Shown piece by piece: positions 8,868 through 17,239 of a stretch of DNA of 56,851 bases. The position numbers and the translations under genes are program-made. How positions within the stretch are numbered: position 1 is the first letter of the stretch; every line of letters starts with the position of its first letter. Source of the DNA: an uncultured Candidatus Saccharibacteria bacterium (GTDB taxonomy: Bacteria; Patescibacteriota; Minisyncoccia; UBA9983); assembly GCA_964456855.1 (NCBI GenBank), contig CAYWCU010000003.1, positions 1 through 56,851 of the forward strand. The letters are read 5' to 3'. The notes under the pieces were generated by a model. That model was not told the DNA's origin. It ran no database searches and saw nothing but the letters and a program-made list of their open reading frames with translations.

Positions 8868-9254
8868 ATGCGATATTTCATTTTTGCGGCAATTATTTCC
8901 GCGGGGACGATGATTTTTTTGTTTTGTCGCCGTTTGTCGGAAGTCCGTGCCATTCCCGAAGAAGTTTTTTTACGGAGATTTGAATTGGAAGAAAAAAGTT
9001 TTTCTAGTTTATATCGTTTTTTAGCGATACCGACCATCGCTTTTTTCAACAGAAACATAGTTCCAGTTTTAGACTTTTTAAGGGCGAAAATGATTGGCAA
9101 AACAAGAAAAATCGCGGTTAGGCTCGGAAAGGCTCTTTTACGGTTTGACAATTATCTTTACGGAAGAAATCAAATCAATTTAAACGGAAGAAAATCAGAA
9201 TACTGGGATGAAGTGAGCGATTTTAAAAAAGATTCGCGAGAAGAAAGAAAGTAG
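8868..9254 (+). CDS. Hypothetical protein with N-terminal membrane anchor
   Basis: 128-aa ORF directly after tsf, hydrophobic N-terminus. Confidence 0.65.
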   Translation: MRYFIFAAIISAGTMIFLFCRRLSEVRAIPEEVFLRRFELEEKSFSSLYRFLAIPTIAFFNRNIVPVLDFLRAKMIGKTRKIAVRLGKALLRFDNYLYGRNQINLNGRKSEYWDEVSDFKKDSREERK

Positions 9255-9387
9255 GGTCGGGTTGCGGGCAAGCAGTATCGGCGATATTTGTTTTTTTGAA
9301 GGGAATTGAATATATGGGTGTTTCGCACAAGCGCGCGTTTTGAGTTGACGGCAGAAAAACTATAAATTGTTGATGTTTCATAATTTT

Positions 9388-9462
9388 GCCACCTTAGCTC
9401 AACGGCAGAGCAACGGTTTTGTAAACCGTAGGTTCCCAGTTCAAATCTGGGAGGTGGCTCCA
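9388..9462 (+). tRNA. tRNA-Thr(UGU), CCA encoded
   Basis: Cloverleaf: acceptor GCCACCT/AGGTGGC, anticodon stem ACGGT/ACCGT with loop TT-TGT-AA, T-loop TTCAAAT, 3' TCCA. Confidence 0.97.
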
Positions 9463-9479
9463 AATTAAAACTATTTTTA

Positions 9480-9508
9480 TTGACTTTGAATTTGCTTTCC
9501 CTTATCTT
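9480..9508 (+). promoter_or_regulatory. Probable promoter of the serine protease gene
   Basis: TTGACT-17 nt-TATCTT; SD AAGGAGG just before ATG 9582. Confidence 0.5.
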
Positions 9509-9581
9509 TAAGAGAGGAAAAAGAAGCCCTTTTACATATACACAAAAAAAACGCAAATAAAAAACAAAAAAGGAGGATTAA

Positions 9582-10304
9582 ATGAAGAAAAGAACAGTTT
9601 TTGCGCTTGTGGTAGTATTTCTCTTTCTCTTTCTGCCTTCTTGCGCAACCATCGCGCAAAGATATACACTGAGGGAATCCGTGCCGAGGGTGGCGCGGGA
9701 AAGTTTAAAATCTGTGGTCATGATTGATCTGACCTCAGAAATTAAGGCAGACGATAAAAAGACCGTGATCTCAGAAGAGTTCACGGCAACCGGATTTTTC
9801 ATAGAGTACCAAGGGAGGAAGTATGTCCTCTCAGCAGGACATTTGGCGGCAGAAGACCCCTCAGGAGTTTTTTCCGCTGAGACAGTTGACGGAAAAAAGT
9901 TCTCGTTGAAACTCCTGTATTACAAAGGGGGTTTTGATGGAGATTTTGCTTTATTTTCATTTAATTCCGGCGGGAATATTTCCGTTGTCCCTCTAGGGTT
10001 CGGCGATACGCCGGAGAGGGGAGAGTGGGTAATTGCTGTGGGAGCTCCCTTCGGAGTGTTCCCAGTTTTCACCATGGGGCTGTCTTCAGGACTGTACAAC
10101 CTGGGAGACGGTTTTACTTACATCCTGCATTCCGCGGAAATAAACCCGGGAAACTCAGGAGGCCCTCTTTTGAATTTAAAGGGGGAGCTCGTGGGAATGA
10201 ATGTAAAGAGTCTGGAGGGCACGGCAATCAGTTTGGCTGTGCCGGTGGAAAATATAGAAAAGTATTTGAAAGAGGCGGTGGAATCATTCGCCGCGAAAAA
10301 ATAA
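9582..10304 (+). CDS. Trypsin-like (S1C) serine protease without PDZ, possible lipoprotein
   Basis: Triad motifs SAGH, GDFAL, GNSGGP; lipobox-like LPSC at residues 18-21. Confidence 0.9.
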   Translation: MKKRTVFALVVVFLFLFLPSCATIAQRYTLRESVPRVARESLKSVVMIDLTSEIKADDKKTVISEEFTATGFFIEYQGRKYVLSAGHLAAEDPSGVFSAETVDGKKFSLKLLYYKGGFDGDFALFSFNSGGNISVVPLGFGDTPERGEWVIAVGAPFGVFPVFTMGLSSGLYNLGDGFTYILHSAEINPGNSGGPLLNLKGELVGMNVKSLEGTAISLAVPVENIEKYLKEAVESFAAKK

Positions 10305-10328
10305 GAGATAAGCGTTTTTGAACACAAT

Positions 10329-10367
10329 GCCCCTGTCCGGTTTTTGTTTCCGGCAGGGGTTTTTTTT
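10329..10367 (+). terminator. Intrinsic terminator after the protease gene
   Basis: GCCCCTG-T-CCGG...CCGG-CAGGGGT followed by a T-run. Confidence 0.75.
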
Positions 10368-10381
10368 GTTATAATCATCCC

Positions 10382-11083
10382 ATGCTTTCTTTATGGCAAT
10401 CTTATTTCAAAAGCGGAAATTTTCATCACGCTTATTTGTTGGTGGGCGATTTGAACACCGCGAGAGAGGCGGCGTTGGACGCGGCGAGTTTTATTTTGGA
10501 TTATCCTCGCGCCGAACTTTCCCGACATCCTGACTATCATCATCAAAAAAATGAATCATTGGGCATTAAAGACAGTCAAGACTTGAAAAACAAAAGCTCC
10601 ATGACTCCGCTTTTGGGCGATAAAAAAGTTTTTATCCTTGAGTTGTCTTCTTTGACACTGGAGGCCGCAAACGCATTACTTAAACTTTTTGAAAATCCTC
10701 CCGGAAAAACTTATTTTTTTGTCGTAAGCCCGTCCGCGGACATTATTATTCCAACTTTGCGTTCCCGGCTGACCGTTATTGAGTTCAATAAGGAATCAGA
10801 AGAGAATGTTTTTTGCTCGGATTTTTTAAAGGCTACACCGGATAAGAGAATGCGGATGATTAAAAAAATAGAAAAGGATAAAAACGATGCAATGGAATTT
10901 CTAAACGGGCTTGAAAGGGTAATTGAAAATAGCATTTACCAAAATGATAGAAAGTTGGGTTTTCAAGAACGCCTTTCAGCTTTGGAGGGACTAATCTCGG
11001 CGCGAGAGTTTTTTTTGATTCGCTCCCCGAATGTAAAAATGATTCTGGAACATCTTGCCTTGACACTGCCTAAAATGCTATAA
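10382..11083 (+). CDS. holB: DNA polymerase III delta-prime-like subunit (degenerate P-loop)
   Basis: HHAYLLVG, HPDY, AANALLKLFENPP, IIPTLRSR. Confidence 0.85.
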   Translation: MLSLWQSYFKSGNFHHAYLLVGDLNTAREAALDAASFILDYPRAELSRHPDYHHQKNESLGIKDSQDLKNKSSMTPLLGDKKVFILELSSLTLEAANALLKLFENPPGKTYFFVVSPSADIIIPTLRSRLTVIEFNKESEENVFCSDFLKATPDKRMRMIKKIEKDKNDAMEFLNGLERVIENSIYQNDRKLGFQERLSALEGLISAREFFLIRSPNVKMILEHLALTLPKML

Positions 11084-11100
11084 TAATGAGCATAAATATT

Positions 11101-11652
11101 ATGTCTTACAATTTTTCACAAATCAAAAAAGAGGCGGAGGAAGTTGAGGAATGGCTCAAAAAAGAATGTTCCGTTTTGCGGACGGGAAGAGCGACACCGG
11201 CATTGGTTGAGAATTTGCTCATTGAGTCTTATGGCGCCAGAACGCCGTTGAAACATATCGCCGCCATTGGCATTGAGGACGCGAAGACTATCCGTATTTC
11301 TCCTTGGGACAGCTCATCGCTTAAGGATATTGAAAAGGCCATTTCTTCTTCAAATCTTGGTGTTCAACCCATTGCCGACAAAGATTCCATTCGCGTTCGT
11401 CTTCCTGATTTAACCGAGGAACGCAGGCTTTCTCTCAAAAAAATATTGTATGAAAAACTGGAAGAGGCGAAAGTTTCTCTCAAATTAAAGCGAGACGAAG
11501 TTTGGAAGGATATTCAAGAAAAACAAAGGGAATCGGAAATAACAGAGGATGAGAAATACCGATATAAGGATGATTTGCAGAAAATTATTGATGAAACGGT
11601 TGAAAGATTGGAAGAAACAGCCAAGAGGAAAGATGAAGAAATTAAAAACTAG
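11101..11652 (+). CDS. frr: Ribosome recycling factor
   Basis: LRTGRATP, YGARTPL, PDLTEERR, DDLQK. ATG 11086 lies only 1 nt after a TATAAT, so 11101 is preferred. Confidence 0.96.
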   Translation: MSYNFSQIKKEAEEVEEWLKKECSVLRTGRATPALVENLLIESYGARTPLKHIAAIGIEDAKTIRISPWDSSSLKDIEKAISSSNLGVQPIADKDSIRVRLPDLTEERRLSLKKILYEKLEEAKVSLKLKRDEVWKDIQEKQRESEITEDEKYRYKDDLQKIIDETVERLEETAKRKDEEIKN

Positions 11653-11687
11653 AATCGGAGTTTGAGATTGCCGAACTTTTTTCATTA

Positions 11688-12740
11688 ATGTCTATAATTA
11701 TATTTTTAGCGGCTTTGGCTCTTTTGATATTGTCCCATGAATTCGGGCATTTTATTGTTGCCAAAAAAAGCGGTATGCAAGTGGACGAATTCGGTTTGGG
11801 TTTCCCGCCGAGACTTTTTAAGTTTAAAAAAGGAGAAACTGTTTACAGTTTTAATCTTATTCCTCTTGGAGGGTTTGTAAAAATACGCGGAGAAGACGGC
11901 GCGGGGAAAGAAGACCCTCGCAGTTTTTCGTCAAAGTCTGTCAGTGTCCGCTCCGCCGTTATTGTCGCAGGAGTGCTGTTTAATTTGTTGGCGGCGTGGT
12001 TTCTTCTCTCCGGAGGTTTTCTAATCGGGATGCCGGCGGATGCTAATTCCGTTCCGGCGGGAGCGGCAATAAATAAAGCCGAGGTTATGATTATCCAGGT
12101 TCAACAGGGGACCCCCGCCAAGGAAGCGGGGCTCAAAGCGGGGGACAAACTGATTGATTTTTCTTCCGTTGAGGCCGTTCAAGAATTTATCGCCGAAAAT
12201 AAGGGGAAAGAGATTGAAATAAAATATGAACGAAACGGAAAGATTGCTTCTGTCAGCCTTGTTCCGGACATAAACCCGGCTGCCGGAAAAGGTTCCTTGG
12301 GAATTGCGATGGACAAAGTTGTTTTAGTCAGTCTCCCGTTTTTCAAGGCTTTATGGGAAGGAGCAAAAATGACGTATAATCTCACAATTACCGTGGCAGT
12401 GTCCATTTTTTACTTTATCGTTGACGCCTTCAAGGGTGTGGCAGGCTTCGGACAGATATTGGGTCCCGTAGGAATAGCCGGAGTTACCGGCTCGGCGGCC
12501 AAGCTTGGTTTTGGATATCTTCTGAGCTTTATCGCGATGCTGTCGGTAAATCTTGCCATAATTAATATGATTCCTTTTCCGGGGCTTGATGGAGGCAGGC
12601 TGGTTTTTTTGGCGGTTGAAAAAATAAAAGGTTCCCCAATTAATCCCAAATTCAGCAATGTCGCGAACGGAGTAGGGCTTCTCATTCTGTTTCTTCTGAT
12701 GATTGCCATAACATACAAAGATATAATGCGGTTGATATAA
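11688..12740 (+). CDS. rseP: RseP-like M50 intramembrane metalloprotease with PDZ
   Basis: HEFGH, FGLGFPP, IPLGGFV, NMIPFPGLDGG. Confidence 0.93.
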   Translation: MSIIIFLAALALLILSHEFGHFIVAKKSGMQVDEFGLGFPPRLFKFKKGETVYSFNLIPLGGFVKIRGEDGAGKEDPRSFSSKSVSVRSAVIVAGVLFNLLAAWFLLSGGFLIGMPADANSVPAGAAINKAEVMIIQVQQGTPAKEAGLKAGDKLIDFSSVEAVQEFIAENKGKEIEIKYERNGKIASVSLVPDINPAAGKGSLGIAMDKVVLVSLPFFKALWEGAKMTYNLTITVAVSIFYFIVDAFKGVAGFGQILGPVGIAGVTGSAAKLGFGYLLSFIAMLSVNLAIINMIPFPGLDGGRLVFLAVEKIKGSPINPKFSNVANGVGLLILFLLMIAITYKDIMRLI

Positions 12741-12772
12741 AAAAACGAGGCACTGCTTTTTGGCAATACCTC
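12739..12772 (-). terminator. Intrinsic terminator of the minus-strand small ORF
   Basis: Minus-strand GAGGTATTGC-CAAAAA-GCAGTGCCTC pairs fully (two G:U pairs), then G and T7. Confidence 0.75.
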
Positions 12773-12785
12773 AATTCATTGGGAT

Positions 12786-12875
12786 TTATTTTATCATTTT
12801 GTATGCAAAATGAATCCCAACTATCACTACGACAACTCCAGCGTAAATCATCAACGACATACTAAACGGGTCCAT
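12786..12875 (-). CDS. 29-aa single-TM small protein MDPFSMSLMIYAGVVVVIVGIHFAYKMIK
   Basis: SD AAGGAGGTGA 9 nt upstream, own promoter (12920-12948) and terminator (12739-12772); below the ORF-track cutoff. Confidence 0.75.
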   Translation of the reverse strand: MDPFSMSLMIYAGVVVVIVGIHFAYKMIK

Positions 12876-12919
12876 TTTCTTCACTCACCTCCTTTTTCTG
12901 AGAGAAACCATCTTCTTAA

Positions 12920-12948
12920 ATAATACATTGATAAAACTTATAAGTCAA
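12920..12948 (-). promoter_or_regulatory. sigma70-type promoter of the 29-aa ORF
   Basis: Minus strand TTGACT-17 nt-TATTAT. Confidence 0.7.
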
Positions 12949-13032
12949 TCCAATTTACCATAAATGTCACCTCATAAGGTTAACGTACAACTTTTTGACT
13001 TGAGGGGTATTTTGGGATAAAATGTAAACAAT

Positions 13033-14289
13033 ATGTTTCAATCCAAACTGTTTACAAAAACCCGCAAGGAAGCACCGAAGGATGAAGTGGCGAAGAACGC
13101 CCGACTCTTGGTTCGCGCCGGTTTTGTCCACAAAGAGATGGCGGGTGTTTATTCTTATCTGCCTCTCGGGCTCAGGGTTTTGCGAAATCTTGAAAACATC
13201 ATAAGAGAAGAAATGAACAAAGTCGGCGGACAGGAAATTTCCATGACCGCCCTTCAAGCAAAGGAAATATGGGAAAAAACAAACAGGTGGGACGACAGAG
13301 TGGTGGACAATTGGTTTAAAACAAAACTCAAAAACGGAACGGAACTCGGGCTTGGATTCACTCACGAAGAGCCGATAGCGCGGATAATGTCACAATTCGT
13401 TTCCTCATACAAAGACCTTCCTTTCTGCGCATATCAGTTTCAAGTTAAATTCAGGAACGAGGCGCGCGCCAAATCTGGAATAATGCGAGGCAGAGAGTTT
13501 TTGATGAAAGATCTTTACTCTTTTTCAAAAGATGAAGCGGAACACAATCTTTTTTACGAAAAAATGAAAGGCGTTTACGCGGAGATTTTCAACAGAATCG
13601 GGATAGGGGACAAAACTTACTTAACCATTTCTTCCGGAGGAACTTTTTCAAAATATTCTTACGAGTTTCAAACGCTTACTGATGCGGGAGAAGACATTGT
13701 CCTTTATGACGAGGAAAAGAAACTTGCCATAAATAAGGATGATTATTCTGAGGATATTTTTTCCGATTTTAATTTAAACAAAAACGATTTTGATTTTAAA
13801 GAGGCGAAATCTTCGGAAATCGGAGATATTTATTCACTCGGTTACAAGTATTCGGAAGCCTTGGGCTTAAATTATCGCGATGAGAAAGGCGAGGAACACC
13901 CAGTTTATATGGGTTCTTACGGGATAGGCATTCCAAGATTGATGGGCACGATAGTGGAAGTTTTTTCCGACGAAAAGGGCATTGTTTGGCCGGAATCGGT
14001 TGCTCCGTTCAGGGTTCATTTGCTGAGATTGGGCAATAGCTCGGAAATCGCGGATTATAGCGATGATATCCATATCCGTTTACAAAATGCCGGAATAGAT
14101 GTATTGTATGATGAAAGGGGGGATGTGAGTGCCGGAGAAAAGTTTGCTGATTCGGACTTAATGGGTATCCCATGGAGAGTGGTCGTAAGCGCGAAAACGC
14201 TCGCGGCTGGAAAGTTGGAATTGAAATACAGAAAAACAGGAGAAGTAAAAATGATAAATAAAGAAGACTTATTAAATTATGTTAAATAG
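13033..14289 (+). CDS. proS: Prolyl-tRNA synthetase (short, no INS editing domain)
   Basis: LLVRAGF, THEE, FRNEAR, REFLMKDLYSF, MGSYGIGIPR, anticodon-binding domain. Confidence 0.95.
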   Translation: MFQSKLFTKTRKEAPKDEVAKNARLLVRAGFVHKEMAGVYSYLPLGLRVLRNLENIIREEMNKVGGQEISMTALQAKEIWEKTNRWDDRVVDNWFKTKLKNGTELGLGFTHEEPIARIMSQFVSSYKDLPFCAYQFQVKFRNEARAKSGIMRGREFLMKDLYSFSKDEAEHNLFYEKMKGVYAEIFNRIGIGDKTYLTISSGGTFSKYSYEFQTLTDAGEDIVLYDEEKKLAINKDDYSEDIFSDFNLNKNDFDFKEAKSSEIGDIYSLGYKYSEALGLNYRDEKGEEHPVYMGSYGIGIPRLMGTIVEVFSDEKGIVWPESVAPFRVHLLRLGNSSEIADYSDDIHIRLQNAGIDVLYDERGDVSAGEKFADSDLMGIPWRVVVSAKTLAAGKLELKYRKTGEVKMINKEDLLNYVK

Positions 14290-15331
14290 ATTTTACAATT
14301 TATTTTCAAATGATATAGGAATTGATCTTGGAACGGCCAATACGCTTGTTTATGTTCGCGGGCATGGAATTGTAATCAACGAGCCCTCAGTGGTGGCAAT
14401 CAACCAGAAAACAGGGAGATTGGTGGCCGTGGGAAGCGAAGCGAAGCGAATGGTGGGCAGAACTCCCGGGCATATTACCGCTATCAGACCCCTTGTTGAC
14501 GGTGTTATTTCAGATTTTGAAATAACGGAAGAGATGCTCGCTTACTTCATTAAAAAAGTTCATAAGGACAGATTCAAATTTTTTGCCAGACCGAGAGTTG
14601 TGGTTGGGGTTCCGTCCGGAATAACCAATGTTGAAATTCGTGCCGTGCGGGACGCCGCGAAAAATGCCGGAGCACGCGAGGTTTATATTGTTGAGGAGCC
14701 TATGTCCGCCGCGATTGGTTCTCGCCTTCCCGTTCAAGATCCGGTGGGGAATATGATTGTTGACATAGGAGGAGGGACGACGGACATAGCAGTCATCTCT
14801 TTGGGAGGTGTTGTCGCTTCAAAAAATATGCGAATTGCCGGGGACAGGCTCAATGCCGACATAATAAAATACGCAAGAGATGAATTTAAAATTTTATTGG
14901 GAGAGAAGACGGCTGAGGACGTCAAAATAACTATCGGTTCCGTGAAGGAAGGGGGCGACGGCGCGGAGGCGACCATTCGTGGCAGAGACCTCGTAACCGG
15001 TTTGCCGAGAGAAGTTGTCGTTACTGATTCTGATATAAGAGAGGCAATCATTGATTCGGTCCGCACTTTGGTCAAAGCCACGAAAGAAGTTATAGAGATA
15101 ACTCCTCCCGAACTTGTTTCTGATATTATGCACAGGGGAATTGTCATGGTTGGCGGGGGCTCTTTCTTGAAAGGATTAGCCGAGCTTTTTGAATCTGAAA
15201 TTAAAATACCCGTTTATGTGGCGGAAGATCCTTTAACATCCGTCGTTAGGGGGACGGGAATTATTTTGGAAGACCTTGATAAACTGAAAGATGTTTTAGT
15301 TCAGCATGAAGATGAGATTCCGCCGCAATAA
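14279..15331 (+). CDS. mreB: Rod shape-determining protein MreB
   Basis: IGIDLGTANTL, VDIGGGTTD, VGGGSFLKG. Confidence 0.98.
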   Translation: MLNRFYNLFSNDIGIDLGTANTLVYVRGHGIVINEPSVVAINQKTGRLVAVGSEAKRMVGRTPGHITAIRPLVDGVISDFEITEEMLAYFIKKVHKDRFKFFARPRVVVGVPSGITNVEIRAVRDAAKNAGAREVYIVEEPMSAAIGSRLPVQDPVGNMIVDIGGGTTDIAVISLGGVVASKNMRIAGDRLNADIIKYARDEFKILLGEKTAEDVKITIGSVKEGGDGAEATIRGRDLVTGLPREVVVTDSDIREAIIDSVRTLVKATKEVIEITPPELVSDIMHRGIVMVGGGSFLKGLAELFESEIKIPVYVAEDPLTSVVRGTGIILEDLDKLKDVLVQHEDEIPPQ

Positions 15332-15338
15332 ATTAAAT

Positions 15339-16121
15339 ATGAACAAAGCAAATCGTGCAAATTCAAGCAAAAGATTTTTTTGGGGCGCGCTTGTCGCGTT
15401 TTTTTTGGCGCTAATCATTTTTAACGGCCCCGTCGGCCACTTTTTGTCAAAACCCGCAATGGCGGTTAGTCGTCCTTTTTTAATAATGAGTGATTCCTTG
15501 AAAAGTTGGTGGCAAGGGAACCTTTTTTTGATGGAAAAAAAGAAAAATTTAGAGAATGAGAACAAACTTCTCAGAAAAAAAATAGAAGAAATAAAAATAA
15601 AATCCGCCCTTTTCGGAGCGAGAGAAAAAGATGACAAAAAATCAAGAAGCATTGTCCCCAAAAAGTCCGAGCAAAAATATTTGTCGGCGCCAATATTGAT
15701 TCGCCCTCCTCAAAGCCCTTATGATACGCTGATTGTTGACGCGGGGTTAAAAGACGGCGTTAAAGAGGGGATGGTTGCCACGGCTTATGGAGATGTCTTT
15801 TTAGGTTATGTCTCGGAAGTTTTTGGAAGAACAAGTAAAATTACGTTGGTCTCTTTCCCAAAAAGAGAAACGAATGTGATGCTCGCTTCTTCTTCAATAT
15901 CAGCCATTGCGGTCGGAAAAGGAGGAGAAAATTTGGAAATAATTCTCCCAAGATCCATTGAAGTTTCTCCCGGGGAAGCGGTTTTCACCCTTGGAAGAAA
16001 CCCGATGCTTATGGGGATTGTTGAAAAAATTATTACCAACTTTTCGGACCCTTTTCAAAAAATATTATTTCGTCTACCAGTAAACATTCAAGAGTTAAAA
16101 TACATCATCCTGGAATATTAG
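15339..16121 (+). CDS. mreC: Rod shape-determining protein MreC
   Basis: TM segment, coiled coil, LIVDAGLKDGVKEGM beta domain; position after mreB. Confidence 0.88.
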   Translation: MNKANRANSSKRFFWGALVAFFLALIIFNGPVGHFLSKPAMAVSRPFLIMSDSLKSWWQGNLFLMEKKKNLENENKLLRKKIEEIKIKSALFGAREKDDKKSRSIVPKKSEQKYLSAPILIRPPQSPYDTLIVDAGLKDGVKEGMVATAYGDVFLGYVSEVFGRTSKITLVSFPKRETNVMLASSSISAIAVGKGGENLEIILPRSIEVSPGEAVFTLGRNPMLMGIVEKIITNFSDPFQKILFRLPVNIQELKYIILEY

Positions 16122-16147
16122 CGACGAAGTCCGGTGTCGTCGCTAAT
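16117..16147. repeat. REP-like hairpin at the left of the RAYT gene
   Basis: ATTAGCGACGA-AGTCCGGTG-TCGTCGCTAAT (11-bp stem); contains the mreC stop and the RAYT stop. Confidence 0.8.
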
Positions 16148-16816
16148 TTTTTCCGACCATTCCCGGAGAAATAATTCATATTCTTTCTTGTCTTTGAATT
16201 GGCTGAAAATTATTTCTTCCCCTGAGATTATAGGGTCTTTTCTTTCCTCGCAAAGAAAATGCTTTAGACTGGAATACGAATAATTTAAAAGTTCCTTCCT
16301 GTTGTTTTTCCAATTTTTAAGTTTATGTTCTCGCCACTCTTTTCCGCTTATAATATCCAAGGGATTAAGATGTATGTATGCGGAGAGATGAACTAGGTAT
16401 TCGTTTGTATCAATATGTTTGGAATTAAAACGGCTTTCAAACAAAGGTCCGCGCCTCTTCTCTTTGATATTTATGTACTTTGCTATGGAAGTATTGCATT
16501 TGCGAACAAAATCGGAAATCCCATTATCCCTTAATTCTTTCAGTAAAAGATGATAATGATTCGGCATAACACAATAACATAAGATGTCCACGAGTTTTTC
16601 TCCTTGCGAGGCAATCTCAATCGCCTTCTCGTTTGTTGAGTAGCGACCTGTTCTCAGATAATCAAAAGCCTCTCCTGATTTTGTTGAGTTGGACAACAAG
16701 AAAGCCAACATAAGCCGATTTGTATTGCTGGATTTTTTAAAGTGTAGCGCGCCCAACAATGTCCTGATGTATATATGATAGTATTCGTTTGGAACAAATT
16801 TCACTTTCCTAAACAT
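16118..16816 (-). mobile_element. REP-associated tyrosine (HUH/Y1, RAYT-type) transposase
   Basis: EYYHIY, YCVMPNHYHLLL (HUH), GPLFESRF, AYIHLNP; TGg-TATAAT 6 nt before ATG 16816. Confidence 0.9.
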
Positions 16817-16845
16817 AACAATATTATACCACAAATTTAATAACA

Positions 16846-16862
16846 ACGAAGTCCGGTGTCGT
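16846..16862. repeat. 17-bp direct repeat of the left REP core
   Basis: ACGAAGTCCGGTGTCGT identical to 16124-16140. Confidence 0.85.
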
Positions 16863-16866
16863 AGCT

Positions 16867-17193
16867 ATGAATGGGGGGGTGGTTTGTGCTATTATTTTGG
16901 CAATGACAATGACTGGAACGCAGAAAATCCGATGGCGTGTTGTTGCTGATATTATTTTGTTTTTAAGCATTTTTTTTGCTCCCTGGTATTATCCGGTTTT
17001 TTTGGGCGTTCTGTTTATAATTTTATTCTCCTCCTTCTGGGAGGCTGTGGTTGCGGGGTTTATTATGGATGCTTTGTACCATATTCCTGCGGGAGAAGGT
17101 ATTGCTTTTTACCATCGCTTCGGAGTTTTTACTCTTTCGGCATTATTTTTGACGGTCATTTCAGTAAAAATTAAAAAACAATTGAGAATATGA
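16867..17193 (+). CDS. mreD: Small polytopic membrane protein, probable MreD equivalent
   Basis: Hydrophobic 108 aa between mreC and PBP2; assignment is by position. Confidence 0.55.
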   Translation: MNGGVVCAIILAMTMTGTQKIRWRVVADIILFLSIFFAPWYYPVFLGVLFIILFSSFWEAVVAGFIMDALYHIPAGEGIAFYHRFGVFTLSALFLTVISVKIKKQLRI

Positions 17194-17239
17194 TTATGGA
17201 GTTGCCGGTAATATAATAGGCGATAAAAAACAGAGAAAT

